A DNA stretch of 43,104 nt from Escherichia coli (lineage in GTDB: Bacteria; Pseudomonadota; Gammaproteobacteria; Enterobacterales; Enterobacteriaceae): the NCBI RefSeq assembly GCF_003334385.1, contig NZ_QOWN01000036.1. One strand, given 5' to 3'. Both the position numbers and the translations under genes were made by a program. The notes under the pieces are model-generated. The model searched no databases. It saw only the letters and a list, made by a program, of their open reading frames with translations, and had not been told where the DNA came from. Within the stretch, counting starts at the first letter, position 1. Every line of letters begins with the position of its first letter. Of this stretch, positions 1-10,224 are shown piece by piece.

Positions 1-71
1 GGTGATGACGGGATCGAACCGCCGACCCCCTCCTTGTAAGGGAGGTGCTCTCCCAGCTGAGCTAATCACCC
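1..71 (-). tRNA. valT: tRNA-Val (anticodon UAC), 3' end truncated by window edge
   Basis: Reverse complement of 1-71 gives GGGTGATTAGCTCAGCTGGGAGAGCACCTCCCTTACAAGGAGGGGGTCGGCGGTTCGATCCCGTCATCACC, a cloverleaf with anticodon loop CTTACAA; the last discriminator/CCA bases lie outside the window. Confidence 0.9.
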
Positions 72-107
72 GATACTACGCTGGATACTACAACTAACTA
101 TGTTAGT

Positions 108-124
108 GGTGGGTCGTGCAGGAT
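108..124 (-). repeat. 17-bp copy of the 3' end of tRNA-Lys (tggtgggtcgtgcagga) in the lysT-valT spacer
   Basis: Exact match of 108-124 to 207-223 (the 3' end of the lysT gene), not followed by the rest of a tRNA. Confidence 0.6.
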
Positions 125-206
125 GACTCGACTTCGTCTCGCCCTTCGGGCCGTTGCTCATGCAACGTTATCCTTCACGTTTTACTACCGCTTCCACCTT
201 AGCGAT

Positions 207-282
207 TGGTGGGTCGTGCAGGATTCGAACCTGCGACCAATTGATTAAAAGTCAACTGCTCTACCAACTGAGCTAACGACCC
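207..282 (-). tRNA. lysT: tRNA-Lys (anticodon UUU)
   Basis: Reverse complement is GGGTCGTTAGCTCAGTTGGTAGAGCAGTTGACTTTTAATCAATTGGTCGCAGGTTCGAATCCTGCACGACCCACCA, 76 nt, anticodon loop CTTTTAA, CCA encoded. Confidence 0.93.
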
Positions 283-322
283 ACTTTTTCGTTGCTTTCG
301 GTTTGTTTGATATCCCGTGGCA

Positions 323-360
323 ACGGCGGCATATATTACTGATTTCAGACTTGAGCGCAA
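323..360 (-). promoter_or_regulatory. Candidate sigma70 promoter for the lysT-valT tRNA operon
   Basis: On the minus strand: -35 TTGCGC (plus 355-360), 16-nt spacer, -10 TAATAT (plus 333-338), then a GC-rich discriminator (gccgccg) typical of stringently controlled tRNA promoters. Pattern-based only. Confidence 0.3.
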
Positions 361-404
361 CAAAAATTTCGATGTAGATCACTCAACTGCTTATGATTCG
401 CACG

Positions 405-438
405 ACACGACCAGAAATAATGCGACTTCTGGTCGTGT
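405..438 (-). terminator. 12-bp perfect stem-loop immediately downstream of the cpoB stop
   Basis: acacgaccagaa (405-416) and ttctggtcgtgt (427-438) are exact reverse complements around a 10-nt loop, 9 nt past the cpoB stop; no clear U-tract, so it may be a 3'-end stabiliser rather than a canonical intrinsic terminator. Confidence 0.3.
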
Positions 439-446
439 GTTATGCA

Positions 447-1238
447 TTACATCGCGTTCAGACGTTTTTGTGCCTGTTTAGCGCCATCAGTACCAGGGTA
501 TTTACTGATAACCTGCTGGTATACGGCTTTCGCTTTTGCGGTGTCACCTTTGTCCTGCATGATGACGCCGACTTTAAACATCGCATCTGCAGCCTTTGGT
601 GACTTCGGATAGTTTTTCACTACCGAAGCAAAATAGTACGCCGCATCATCTTTTTTACCCTTGTTGTAGTTTAACTGACCCAGCCAATAATTGGCGTTTG
701 GCAGGTAAGTTGAATCAGGGTAATTTTTGATGAAATTCTGAAATGCCACCATTGCGTCATCCTGGCGGGATTTATCCTGCACCAGCGCAATAGCTGCATT
801 GTAATCCGTGTTTGCATTACCGCTTTTCACCGGCGCGCCAGCATTCGCAGTACCAGCATCAGCTGTCGGCGTCGTTGATGCCGCCGCACCGCTTTGATCG
901 CCGCTGGTTGATTGCGCCGCTGCACCACCGCTGCTGAGGCTGTCGATCTGCAACAGGATCTGCTTTTGCCGCTCCACGACCTGATTCAGTTGATACTGAT
1001 TTTCCTGAATCTGACCACGCAGGGAATCAATATCGGATTGATTATCAGAAAGTTGTTGCTGGAGTTGGGTTAAAAGCTGGCTGTGAGCATTAGAAATACG
1101 CTCAAGTTGAGTGACGCGGTCTTCGACCGAGCCTGAGCCGACACTACTGATTGGTGCCTGAGCAAAAGCGGCCCAGGGGGCCGCTATACCAACCAGTAAC
1201 GACAGACTCAATAGTTGATGTCTGAAGTTACTGCTCAT
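447..1238 (-). CDS. cpoB: Cell-division coordinator CpoB (YbgF), periplasmic TPR protein
   Basis: 263-aa ORF with signal peptide (MSSNFRHQLLSLSLLVGIAAPWAAFA), coiled-coil Q-rich region and C-terminal TPR-like repeats; last gene of the tol-pal cluster. Confidence 0.95.
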   Translation of the reverse strand: MSSNFRHQLLSLSLLVGIAAPWAAFAQAPISSVGSGSVEDRVTQLERISNAHSQLLTQLQQQLSDNQSDIDSLRGQIQENQYQLNQVVERQKQILLQIDSLSSGGAAAQSTSGDQSGAAASTTPTADAGTANAGAPVKSGNANTDYNAAIALVQDKSRQDDAMVAFQNFIKNYPDSTYLPNANYWLGQLNYNKGKKDDAAYYFASVVKNYPKSPKAADAMFKVGVIMQDKGDTAKAKAVYQQVISKYPGTDGAKQAQKRLNAM

Positions 1239-1247
1239 GCAATTCTC

Positions 1248-1793
<546 letters not shown>

Positions 1794-1803
1794 TTAATTA
1801 TTA

Positions 1804-3096
1804 TCACAGATACGGCGACCAGGCAGGGAATTTGACCTGTCCATCAGTTGCCGGAAGACGCGCTTTGAAACGCCCATCTGTAGAAACCAAATTCAGCACG
1901 GATCCCATCCCCTGAGAAGAGCTGTAGATTACCATAGTGCCGTTAGGTGCCAGACTTGGCGTTTCATCCAGGAACGTGGACGACAGAACTTGTACGCCTC
2001 CCGTTGCCAGATCTTGTTTGGCAATGTGCTGCTGCCCACCATTGGAGCTGACCATTACCATAAATTTACCGTCGCTGCTGACATCCGCATCCTGGTTCTG
2101 CGAACCTTCCCAGGTAATACGTTGTGGCGCACCGCCGTTGATATTCACTTTATAAACCTGCGGACGACCGGCCTGGTCAGAAGTAAATGCCAGGTTCTGG
2201 CTATCCGGGAACCAGGTCGGTTCGGTATTGTTACTGCGACCATCAGTCACCTGGCGGATCTGACCAGAAGCCAAATCCATTACGTACAGGTTCAGACTAC
2301 CGGTTTTCGACAAGGCGAATGCCAGTTTGCTGCCGTCTGGCGAGAATGCAGGTGCACCGTTGTGACGCGGGAATGAAGCCACCTGACGTACAGCGCCATT
2401 TGCCAGCGTCTGAATAACCAGCGCGGAACGACCGCTTTCGAAGGTCACATAAGCCAGTTTAGAACCGTCTGGTGACCACGCCGGAGACATCAGCGGCTGC
2501 GGTGAACGGTGAACGACAAACTGGTTGTAACCGTCATAGTCAGATACGCGCAGTTCATACGGGAACTGACCGCCGTTGGTCTGAACAACGTAGGCAATAC
2601 GAGTACGGAACGCACCTTTAATGCCGGTCAGTTTTTCAAACACTTCATCACTGGCGGTATGACCAGCATAACGCAGCCACTGCTTGTTCACTTTGTACGA
2701 GTTCTGAGCAAGTACAGTACCCGGTGCGCCGCCAGTGTCAACAAGTTGATAAGCAACATTGTAAGAACCATCCGGATTCGGAGTGACCTGACCGACAACT
2801 ACAGCGTCAATGCCCAGTGCGGACCATGCAGCTGGTTGTACTTCCTGCGCACTACCCGGCTGCTGTGGCAGACGAGCGCGATCTAACGGATTAAATTTAC
2901 CGCTGTTACGCAAGTCAGCAGCAACGATGCCGCCAATATCTTCAGGTGCCGCACCAGGCCCCGCCCACTGGAAAGGAACAACACCAATAGGACGACCGGA
3001 ATCTACACCGCTGTCGATCACAATGCGGACTTCAGCATGCAGAACTGATGCCCACAGTATGAGAAAACCAAATGCTACTCGTAATGCCTGCTTCAT
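1804..3096 (-). CDS. tolB: Tol-Pal system periplasmic beta-propeller protein TolB
   Basis: 430 aa from the second Met ([21 protein letters not shown] signal peptide); sequence recognised as TolB. Confidence 0.95.
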   Translation of the reverse strand: MKQALRVAFGFLILWASVLHAEVRIVIDSGVDSGRPIGVVPFQWAGPGAAPEDIGGIVAADLRNSGKFNPLDRARLPQQPGSAQEVQPAAWSALGIDAVVVGQVTPNPDGSYNVAYQLVDTGGAPGTVLAQNSYKVNKQWLRYAGHTASDEVFEKLTGIKGAFRTRIAYVVQTNGGQFPYELRVSDYDGYNQFVVHRSPQPLMSPAWSPDGSKLAYVTFESGRSALVIQTLANGAVRQVASFPRHNGAPAFSPDGSKLAFALSKTGSLNLYVMDLASGQIRQVTDGRSNNTEPTWFPDSQNLAFTSDQAGRPQVYKVNINGGAPQRITWEGSQNQDADVSSDGKFMVMVSSNGGQQHIAKQDLATGGVQVLSSTFLDETPSLAPNGTMVIYSSSQGMGSVLNLVSTDGRFKARLPATDGQVKFPAWSPYL

Positions 3097-3228
3097 CATA
3101 TCTCCCTTATCTGGACCGATGGCCCACGATAATTTAGCAGAATGTTAACAAACTAAAATACACAAAACTACCAGAACCCCGTGGCAACCGGTGCCTGATG
3201 TTGACCGTCCGAACAGTCAACATCGCGA

Positions 3229-4494
3229 TTACGGTTTGAAGTCCAATGGCGCGTTTTTGAACACTTCATATACTGCCTGGCTTGGTGGTTTCGGGATCTT
3301 CGCAAGTTTAGCTGCTGCCAACGCAGCCTGACAAAGTGCGGGATCGCCACCTTCAGGTTTGATATCCAGTAACATACCATCGGGTTCCAGTTTTATGCGC
3401 AGCGTACAGGTTTTGCCTGCATAGGACGATGCGTCATAGAACTTACTTTCGATAGCAGATTTAATCTGCCCGGCATAGTTATTGATATCGGCCCCTGATG
3501 CGCCATTGTTTTTAGTATTACCACTCCCGGCAGGCGAAGCATTGTTCCCTTTCGCCCCTCCCCCCGTTTTCGGTGCATTCTTACCAGAGCTTAGCTCACC
3601 GAAAATATCATCTGCCTCTGCGGCCGCTTTTGCTGCAGCGGCTTTTTCAGCTGCAGCTTTTGCCGCTGCCGCTTTTTTGTCTGCGGCGGCTTTTTCTGCC
3701 GCTGCTTTCTTATCAGCTGCTGCCTTTTCAGCAGCCGCTTTTTCTGCTGCTTTTTTGTCGGCTGCAGCTTTCTCTGCTGCCGCTTTCTTATCAGCTGCAG
3801 CCTTTTCAGCAGCCGCTTTCTTCTCAGCTTCTGCTTTGGCTTTTTCAGCAGCTTCAGTTGCCGCTTTCTTTCTTGCTTCAGCTGCAGCTGCTTCTGCCGC
3901 TTCCGCTTTCTTCTTCAGTGCCGCAGCGGCTGCCTCGGCTTTTTTCTGCGCTTCGGCTGCGGCTTTGGCGGCTTCTGCTTCTGCTTTTTTCTTTGCGTCT
4001 GCAGCCGCTTTCTTCGCTGCTTCTTCCGCAGCTTTAGCATCTGCTTCGGCCTTCGCTTTAGCATCTGCCGCCGCTTTCGCTGCCGCCTCTTCAGCTTGCT
4101 TCTGCTTTAACTCGGCCTGTTTTGCGGCTTCTTCAGCCTGCTTTTTCTGCTCCTGAGCCGCTAACCGCTCTTTCTCAAGTTGCTTCAGGCGTTCCTGTTC
4201 AGCCGCTTGTTTCTCACGCAGTTCTTCAGCAGCCTGCTGTTCCTTCATCTTGCGCTGTTCATCAGAACGCTTCGCGCTTGATTCCTGGCTTTGCATGCGT
4301 TTGTACTGCTCAACTACCGCACCTGAATCAACCATGACAGCGTCGATGGACGAACCTCCGCCGCCTCCGGCTGAAGCTTCTATATTCTCATCGAACGAAC
4401 TCCAGATCAGCGCCGCAAATAAGATGACATGCAGCACTGCTGAAATAATTATCGCCCGCTTGAGCTTGTCGTTTTGTTCGGTTGCCTTTGACAC
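3229..4494 (-). CDS. tolA: Tol-Pal system protein TolA
   Basis: 421-aa ORF: N-terminal TM anchor, long Ala/Lys/Glu-rich helical domain II, C-terminal domain III; recognised as TolA. Confidence 0.95.
   Translation of the reverse strand: MSKATEQNDKLKRAIIISAVLHVILFAALIWSSFDENIEASAGGGGGSSIDAVMVDSGAVVEQYKRMQSQESSAKRSDEQRKMKEQQAAEELREKQAAEQERLKQLEKERLAAQEQKKQAEEAAKQAELKQKQAEEAAAKAAADAKAKAEADAKAAEEAAKKAAADAKKKAEAEAAKAAAEAQKKAEAAAAALKKKAEAAEAAAAEARKKAATEAAEKAKAEAEKKAAAEKAAADKKAAAEKAAADKKAAEKAAAEKAAADKKAAAEKAAADKKAAAAKAAAEKAAAAKAAAEADDIFGELSSGKNAPKTGGGAKGNNASPAGSGNTKNNGASGADINNYAGQIKSAIESKFYDASSYAGKTCTLRIKLEPDGMLLDIKPEGGDPALCQAALAAAKLAKIPKPPSQAVYEVFKNAPLDFKP
3597..4287 (-). repeat. In-frame degenerate tandem repeats encoding TolA domain II
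   Basis: Nucleotide periodicity (gctgc(a/c)gc(t/c)ttt... units) is visible directly, strongest at about 3627-3852 where the protein repeats AAEKAAADKKAAAEKAAADKK. Confidence 0.7.
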
Positions 4495-4558
4495 TCTCGG
4501 TTTCCAAAAACTGTTCGCCTGTTACCCGCTCTCTTTCAAGCAAGGGAAACGCAGATGT

Positions 4559-4987
4559 TTAGATAGGCTGCGTCATTAAACCAACCGATTTCACACCCGC
4601 ACTATGTAACAAGTTCAGTGCTTTAATTATTTCATCGTAAGGCACATCTTTTGCGCCACCGATCAGAAAGACCGTTTTCGGGTTGGCCTTGAAACGGCTG
4701 GACACTTCCGCCACCACCTGCTCTGGTGGTAAACGCTCCAGGCGATCTTTCTCAACCACCACGGTGTACTGACCAATACCAGACACTTCAACAATCACTG
4801 GCGGATTATCGTTACTGCTCACCGCCTGTGATTCAGTAGCGTCTGGCAGATCGACCTCCACGCTCTGGGTGATGATGGGCGCTGTCGCCATAAAGATCAG
4901 CAACAGCACCAGCAGTACGTCCAGCAACGGTACAATGTTGATTTCGGACTTGAGATCGCGACGACCTCGTCCACGCGCTCTGGCCAT
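4559..4987 (-). CDS. tolR: Tol-Pal system protein TolR
   Basis: 142-aa ORF, single TM, ExbD/TolR family; position between tolQ and tolA. Confidence 0.95.
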   Translation of the reverse strand: MARARGRGRRDLKSEINIVPLLDVLLVLLLIFMATAPIITQSVEVDLPDATESQAVSSNDNPPVIVEVSGIGQYTVVVEKDRLERLPPEQVVAEVSSRFKANPKTVFLIGGAKDVPYDEIIKALNLLHSAGVKSVGLMTQPI

Positions 4988-4990
4988 GGC

Positions 4991-6084
<1,094 letters not shown>

Positions 6085-6182
6085 TTTACATCCCGGTAAT
6101 GCAACAAAAGTTAGAGCTTTTAAACGCTGCTACTATACGCGCGCGATTGAGGTTTGGGAATGAGGGCAAGTTAAGGGAGCGT

Positions 6183-6218
6183 AAAAATTTATGGGCCTGG
6201 AGCGGCCCATAATTTTTT
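6183..6218. terminator. Stem-loop with T/A runs on both sides between ybgE and ybgC; candidate terminator of the cyd operon
   Basis: tatgggcc-tggagc-ggcccata (6190-6211) is an 8-bp stem, with aaaaa before and tttttt after on the plus strand, so both strands see hairpin plus U-run. Confidence 0.45.
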
Positions 6219-6233
6219 AAAGAGAATTCTGAT

Positions 6234-6527
6234 TTAAAAGAAGAAGAAAATCAGCCCGACAATGAGAACAATATCGGCAAGCAATGGGCAAAAAATCCCT
6301 TGCCAAAGAACCTTCTGCGGACGAAAGCCCACGCCGTGAATCACACCAGCACAGACGGCCCACATCAGCAATAAACCATGCCAGATTTCCAGTTCACTGG
6401 TCTTCGCGGCAAAACGAGATGGGTCCCAAAACATACATCCTGCTAACAGAAGCGCCATCACGAAGGAAAGCGCCCGCAGGGGGCGCTTGTCCATTACCGC
6501 ATACAAAGTCGCGATAATCTTACTCAT
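6234..6527 (-). CDS. ybgE: Small inner-membrane protein YbgE (cyd-operon associated, function unknown)
   Basis: 97-aa hydrophobic ORF directly downstream of cydX, sharing one nucleotide with its stop (TGATG). Confidence 0.85.
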   Translation of the reverse strand: MSKIIATLYAVMDKRPLRALSFVMALLLAGCMFWDPSRFAAKTSELEIWHGLLLMWAVCAGVIHGVGFRPQKVLWQGIFCPLLADIVLIVGLIFFFF

Positions 6528-6640
6528 CAGATGTCTTCTTGACCGGCTTTGCCTGATTCGACGTGTTCAAGCGCCAGCGCGGTGATTACCCCAAACGAAC
6601 AGGCAAGAAGCGTTCCCAGAATCCATGCGAAATACCACAT
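6527..6640 (-). CDS. cydX: Cytochrome bd-I oxidase small subunit CydX (YbgT), 37 aa
   Basis: Manual translation of the minus strand gives MWYFAWILGTLLACSFGVITALALEHVESGKAGQEDI*; below the ORF-track length cut-off; sits between cydB and ybgE. Confidence 0.85.
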   Translation of the reverse strand: MWYFAWILGTLLACSFGVITALALEHVESGKAGQEDI

Positions 6641-6654
6641 TTTTAGCTCCTTAC

Positions 6655-7794
6655 TTAGTACAGAGAGTGGGTGTTACGTTCAATATCTTCTTTGGTGATA
6701 CGACCGAACATTTTCCAGTAACACCAGGCGGTGTAGAGCAGAATGATCGGTACCAGAACCACCGCAACCCAGGTCATGACGTTAAGCGTCAGCTGGCTGG
6801 AAGTTGCATCCCACATTGTCAGACTTGCGTTCATCATGGTGCTGGACGGCATCACAAACGGGAACATTGCGATACCGGCTGTCAGGATGATGCAGGCCAG
6901 CGTCAGGGAGGAGAACACAAACGCCCACGCGGCTTTATCCATACGTGCAGTCAGGATGGTCAGCAGCGGCAGAACCACACCCAGTGCCGGAATAGCCCAC
7001 AGAATTGGCGTGTTGTTGAAGTTAACCAGCCATGCGCCAGCTTCACGAACCACTTCTTTATTCAGTGGGTTAGAGGCTGCGTAATGGTCCATTGTCGATT
7101 TCACGACATAACCATCGATACCGTACATCACCCATACGCCAGCCAGTGCGAAACAGACCAGTGTCACCAGCGCAGCCACCTGAGCCGTTGCACGGGTACG
7201 CAGGTGCAGTTCGCCCACGGTACGCATTTGCAGATAGGTTGCGCCCTGAGTAATGATCATCCCTACGCTCACCACGCCTGCCAGCAGGCCGAACGGGTTA
7301 AGCAACTGGAAGAAGTTACCGGTGTAGTACAGACGCAGATATTCATCAACGTTGAACGGTACGCCCTGCAACAGGTTACCGAACGCTACACCAATTACCA
7401 GCGGCGGAACGAAGCTACCAATGAAGATGCCCCAGTCCCACATGTTACGCCAGCGGGTTTCTTCAATCTTGGAGCGGTAGTCAAAACCGACCGGACGGAA
7501 GAACAAAGACGCCAGCACGAGGATCATCGCCACATAGAAGCCGGAGAACGCAGCGGCATAGACCATCGGCCAGGCAGCAAAGAGTGCGCCGCCCGCGGTG
7601 ATCAGCCAAACCTGGTTACCGTCCCAGTGTGGTGCAATGGAGTTAATCATAATTCGACGCTCGGTGTCGTTACGACCGAGGAAACGGGTGAGCATGCCCA
7701 CCCCCATGTCGAAACCGTCAGTGACTGCAAAACCAATCAGCAGAACGCCAACCAGCAGCCACCAGATAAAACGCAATACTTCATAATCGATCAT
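6655..7794 (-). CDS. cydB: Cytochrome bd-I ubiquinol oxidase subunit II
   Basis: 379-aa polytopic membrane ORF recognised as CydB. Confidence 0.95.
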   Translation of the reverse strand: MIDYEVLRFIWWLLVGVLLIGFAVTDGFDMGVGMLTRFLGRNDTERRIMINSIAPHWDGNQVWLITAGGALFAAWPMVYAAAFSGFYVAMILVLASLFFRPVGFDYRSKIEETRWRNMWDWGIFIGSFVPPLVIGVAFGNLLQGVPFNVDEYLRLYYTGNFFQLLNPFGLLAGVVSVGMIITQGATYLQMRTVGELHLRTRATAQVAALVTLVCFALAGVWVMYGIDGYVVKSTMDHYAASNPLNKEVVREAGAWLVNFNNTPILWAIPALGVVLPLLTILTARMDKAAWAFVFSSLTLACIILTAGIAMFPFVMPSSTMMNASLTMWDATSSQLTLNVMTWVAVVLVPIILLYTAWCYWKMFGRITKEDIERNTHSLY

Positions 7795-7809
7795 TTGACG
7801 ACTCCTGTC

Positions 7810-9378
7810 TTAGCGTGCCGGCTGAGTAGTCGTGGAAGACTGCTCAAAGTGATAGCGACCGGTTTTCAGGCTGCTTGGGCCGAGGCGTGCAAACTTGAAC
7901 ATTAAGAACAATTCTGCCACCAGGAACAGGGTATACAGGCCGCAAATCAGCACCATTGAGAAGATGAGATCGCCTGCGGTCAGTGACGAGTTCGCCACAG
8001 CTGTCGGCAGCACTTCACCGATAGCCCACGGTTGGCGGCCATATTCAGCCACGAACCAGCCCGCTTCTACAGCAATCCACGGCAGCGGAATACCGTACAG
8101 CGCGGCGCGCAGAAGCCATTTTTTCTCGCCAATGCGGTTGCGGATGACACTCCAGAAAGAGAGCGCGATGATTGCCAGAAGCAGGAAGCCACACGCCACC
8201 ATGATACGGAACGCAAAGTACAGCGGCGCTACACGCGGGATGGAGTCTTTGGTTGCCTGTTGAATCTGCGCTTCAGTCGCATCAGCCACGTTTGGCGTAT
8301 AGCGTTTCAGCAGCAGACCGTAACCGAGGTCTTTCTTCATGCTATTGAACTGGTCACGAACCGCCTGGTCGGTAGAACCAGAACGCAGTTGTTCGAGCAG
8401 AGAGTACGCCTTCATCCCGTTACGAATGCGTTCTTCATGCTGCACCATCAGCTCTTTCAGGCCGATAACCGGGGTATCCACGGAACGCGTTGCAATGATG
8501 CCCAGTGCGTAAGGGATCTGAATCGCAAATTTGTTCGTCTCCTCTTCCTGATCAGGAATGCCGAACAGAGTAAAGGCAGCAGGCGCAGGTTGCGTTTCCC
8601 ACTCGGCTTCAATAGCAGCCAGTTTGGTTTTCTGCACGTCGCCCATTTCGTAGCCGGATTCATCACCCAGAACAATAACAGACAGAACAGCAGCCATACC
8701 GAAGCTGGCAGCGATAGCAAAGGAGCGTTTAGCGAAGGCGAAGTCACGACCTTTCAGCATATACCATGCGCTGATACCGAGGATGAACATCGCGCCAGTC
8801 ACATAACCAGACGCTACAGTGTGAACGAATTTCACCTGAGCAACCGGGTTAAGCACCAGCTCGGAGAAGCTCACCATCTCCATACGCATAGTTTCAAAGT
8901 TGAAATCGGACGCGATTGGGTTTTGCATCCAGCCGTTCGCAACCAGAATCCACAGTGCGGACAGGTTTGAACCGAGCGCCACCAGCCAGGTGACACACAT
9001 ATGCTGAACTTTACCCAGACGATCCCAACCGAAGAAGAACAGACCTACAAAGGTGGATTCGAGGAAGAAGGCCATCAGACCTTCGATTGCCAGCGGCGCA
9101 CCGAAGATATCCCCTACATAGTGGGAATAGTAAGACCAGTTAGTCCCGAACTGGAACTCCATGGTCAGACCGGTAGCCACACCCAGAGCGAAGTTGATAC
9201 CAAACAACTTGCCCCAGAACTTGGTCATATCTTTATAAATCTGTTTGCCGGAGAGGACGTAGACCGTTTCCATAATGGCCAGCAGGAACGCCATACCGAG
9301 CGTCAGTGGCACAAAAAGGAAGTGGTACATCGCGGTCAAGGCAAACTGTAAGCGCGACAGTTCGACTATATCTAACAT
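7810..9378 (-). CDS. cydA: Cytochrome bd-I ubiquinol oxidase subunit I
   Basis: 522 aa from [12 protein letters not shown]... (the track ORF has one extra leading Met codon); recognised as CydA. Confidence 0.95.
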
Positions 9379-9712
9379 CATGACTCCTTGCTCATCGCAT
9401 GAAGACTCCGAGAGTGAACCCCGTTAGAAAGGGTCACACGCATGCCCCAATAGAAATTTGTTTGAACACTTTCATCATACCATGTGAATGCACACAAAAA
9501 CGGCGTAAAGAAAGGTTGCAAACATGTTAATAAAAACTCAAATTGATCCCACGTATATATTACGCCGCAAAATCCTTACAATAAACAGGTTTTTGTTGAA
9601 GCAAATTTGCATTTTTCGACGGTGATCAATTTATAGCTAAATTACCGCCTTTCAGCCAATTTGATCGAGAACAATTTATCTCTTTTTGATGCCCATTTCC
9701 AAGACTTATACA

Positions 9713-9726
9713 TTGATAAATATCAA
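9713..9726. promoter_or_regulatory. Perfect FNR/CRP-family box TTGAT-AAAT-ATCAA in the cydA upstream region
   Basis: Exact palindromic match to TTGAT-N4-ATCAA about 340 bp upstream of the cydA ATG, in an AT-rich region; cydAB is known to be FNR/ArcA controlled, but the specific site is not verified here. Confidence 0.45.
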
Positions 9727-10015
9727 TTCCTACAAATTATGTTAATCATGTTTCAATAAGGTAACTTTAGTGACATTTATGTTTAAAATGTGTGAGTTAT
9801 AAGGCTGAAATTAGTTTCGGTTGGCAATTAAAGATAAAAAGAGACGAAGCAAAAACAGCACGGTTGACCTTAATTCTTTTTTTGGTCACTGGCTAATACG
9901 ACGCAGAGTTTCAGGATTACTAATAAAGGCATAAATCCACCCCGCCAATATTAACATTTAGTTAACTTATAATTATATTATAATTAACTCACCCAGGGTT
10001 ATTATTTTGTTAAAA

Positions 10016-10040
10016 ATAAAGCCACATATACGTGGCTTGA
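10016..10040 (-). terminator. Candidate intrinsic terminator downstream of mngB
   Basis: aagccac-atatac-gtggctt hairpin, followed on the minus strand by a U-rich tract (tattttt). Confidence 0.45.
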
Positions 10041-10062
10041 GAGTGAAGATAAACGCAAAATT

Positions 10063-10170
10063 ACCTGATGCGCTACGCTTGCCAGTGTCTACATCATCTC
10101 TGCAATATATTGAATTTGCCTGCTTTTGTAGACCGAATAAAGCGTTCATGCCGTATCCGGCATGAACAAA
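10063..10170. repeat. REP/BIME-type palindromic element with internal IHF-like motif (RIP-like)
   Basis: cctgatgcgctacgc and tgtagaccgaataaagcgttcatgccgtatccggcatgaac palindromic units flanking ctgcaatatattgaatttgc; the same internal motif recurs at 39820-39850. Confidence 0.6.
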
Positions 10171-10224
10171 GCGCCCTTTGTCAACAATCTGGCCGCGCAT
10201 ATGTGGCTTCGGTTTGATTGCTAT

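Noticed and set aside
393-602. 69-aa plus-strand ORF overlapping the 3' end of cpoB
   Set aside because: Antisense to cpoB and spans the downstream hairpin; no supporting features.
3482-4156. 224-aa Ala/Phe/Ser-rich plus-strand ORF inside tolA
   Set aside because: This is the antisense reading of the tolA domain II repeats (GCN codons read backwards); not a real gene.
3597-4287. Possible CRISPR array suggested by periodic repeats
   Set aside because: The repeats are in-frame coding repeats of tolA with no spacer/repeat architecture; elsewhere the palindromic units are REP/BIME elements. No CRISPR array or cas genes are present.
6625-7905. 426-aa plus-strand ORF antisense to cydB and part of cydA
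   Set aside because: Spans two genuine genes on the opposite strand; low-complexity His/Gln/Arg-rich translation; artefact.
9973-10200. 75-aa minus-strand ORF in the cydA-mngB spacer
   Set aside because: Overlaps the mngB terminator hairpin and REP palindromes; no Shine-Dalgarno; most likely non-coding.
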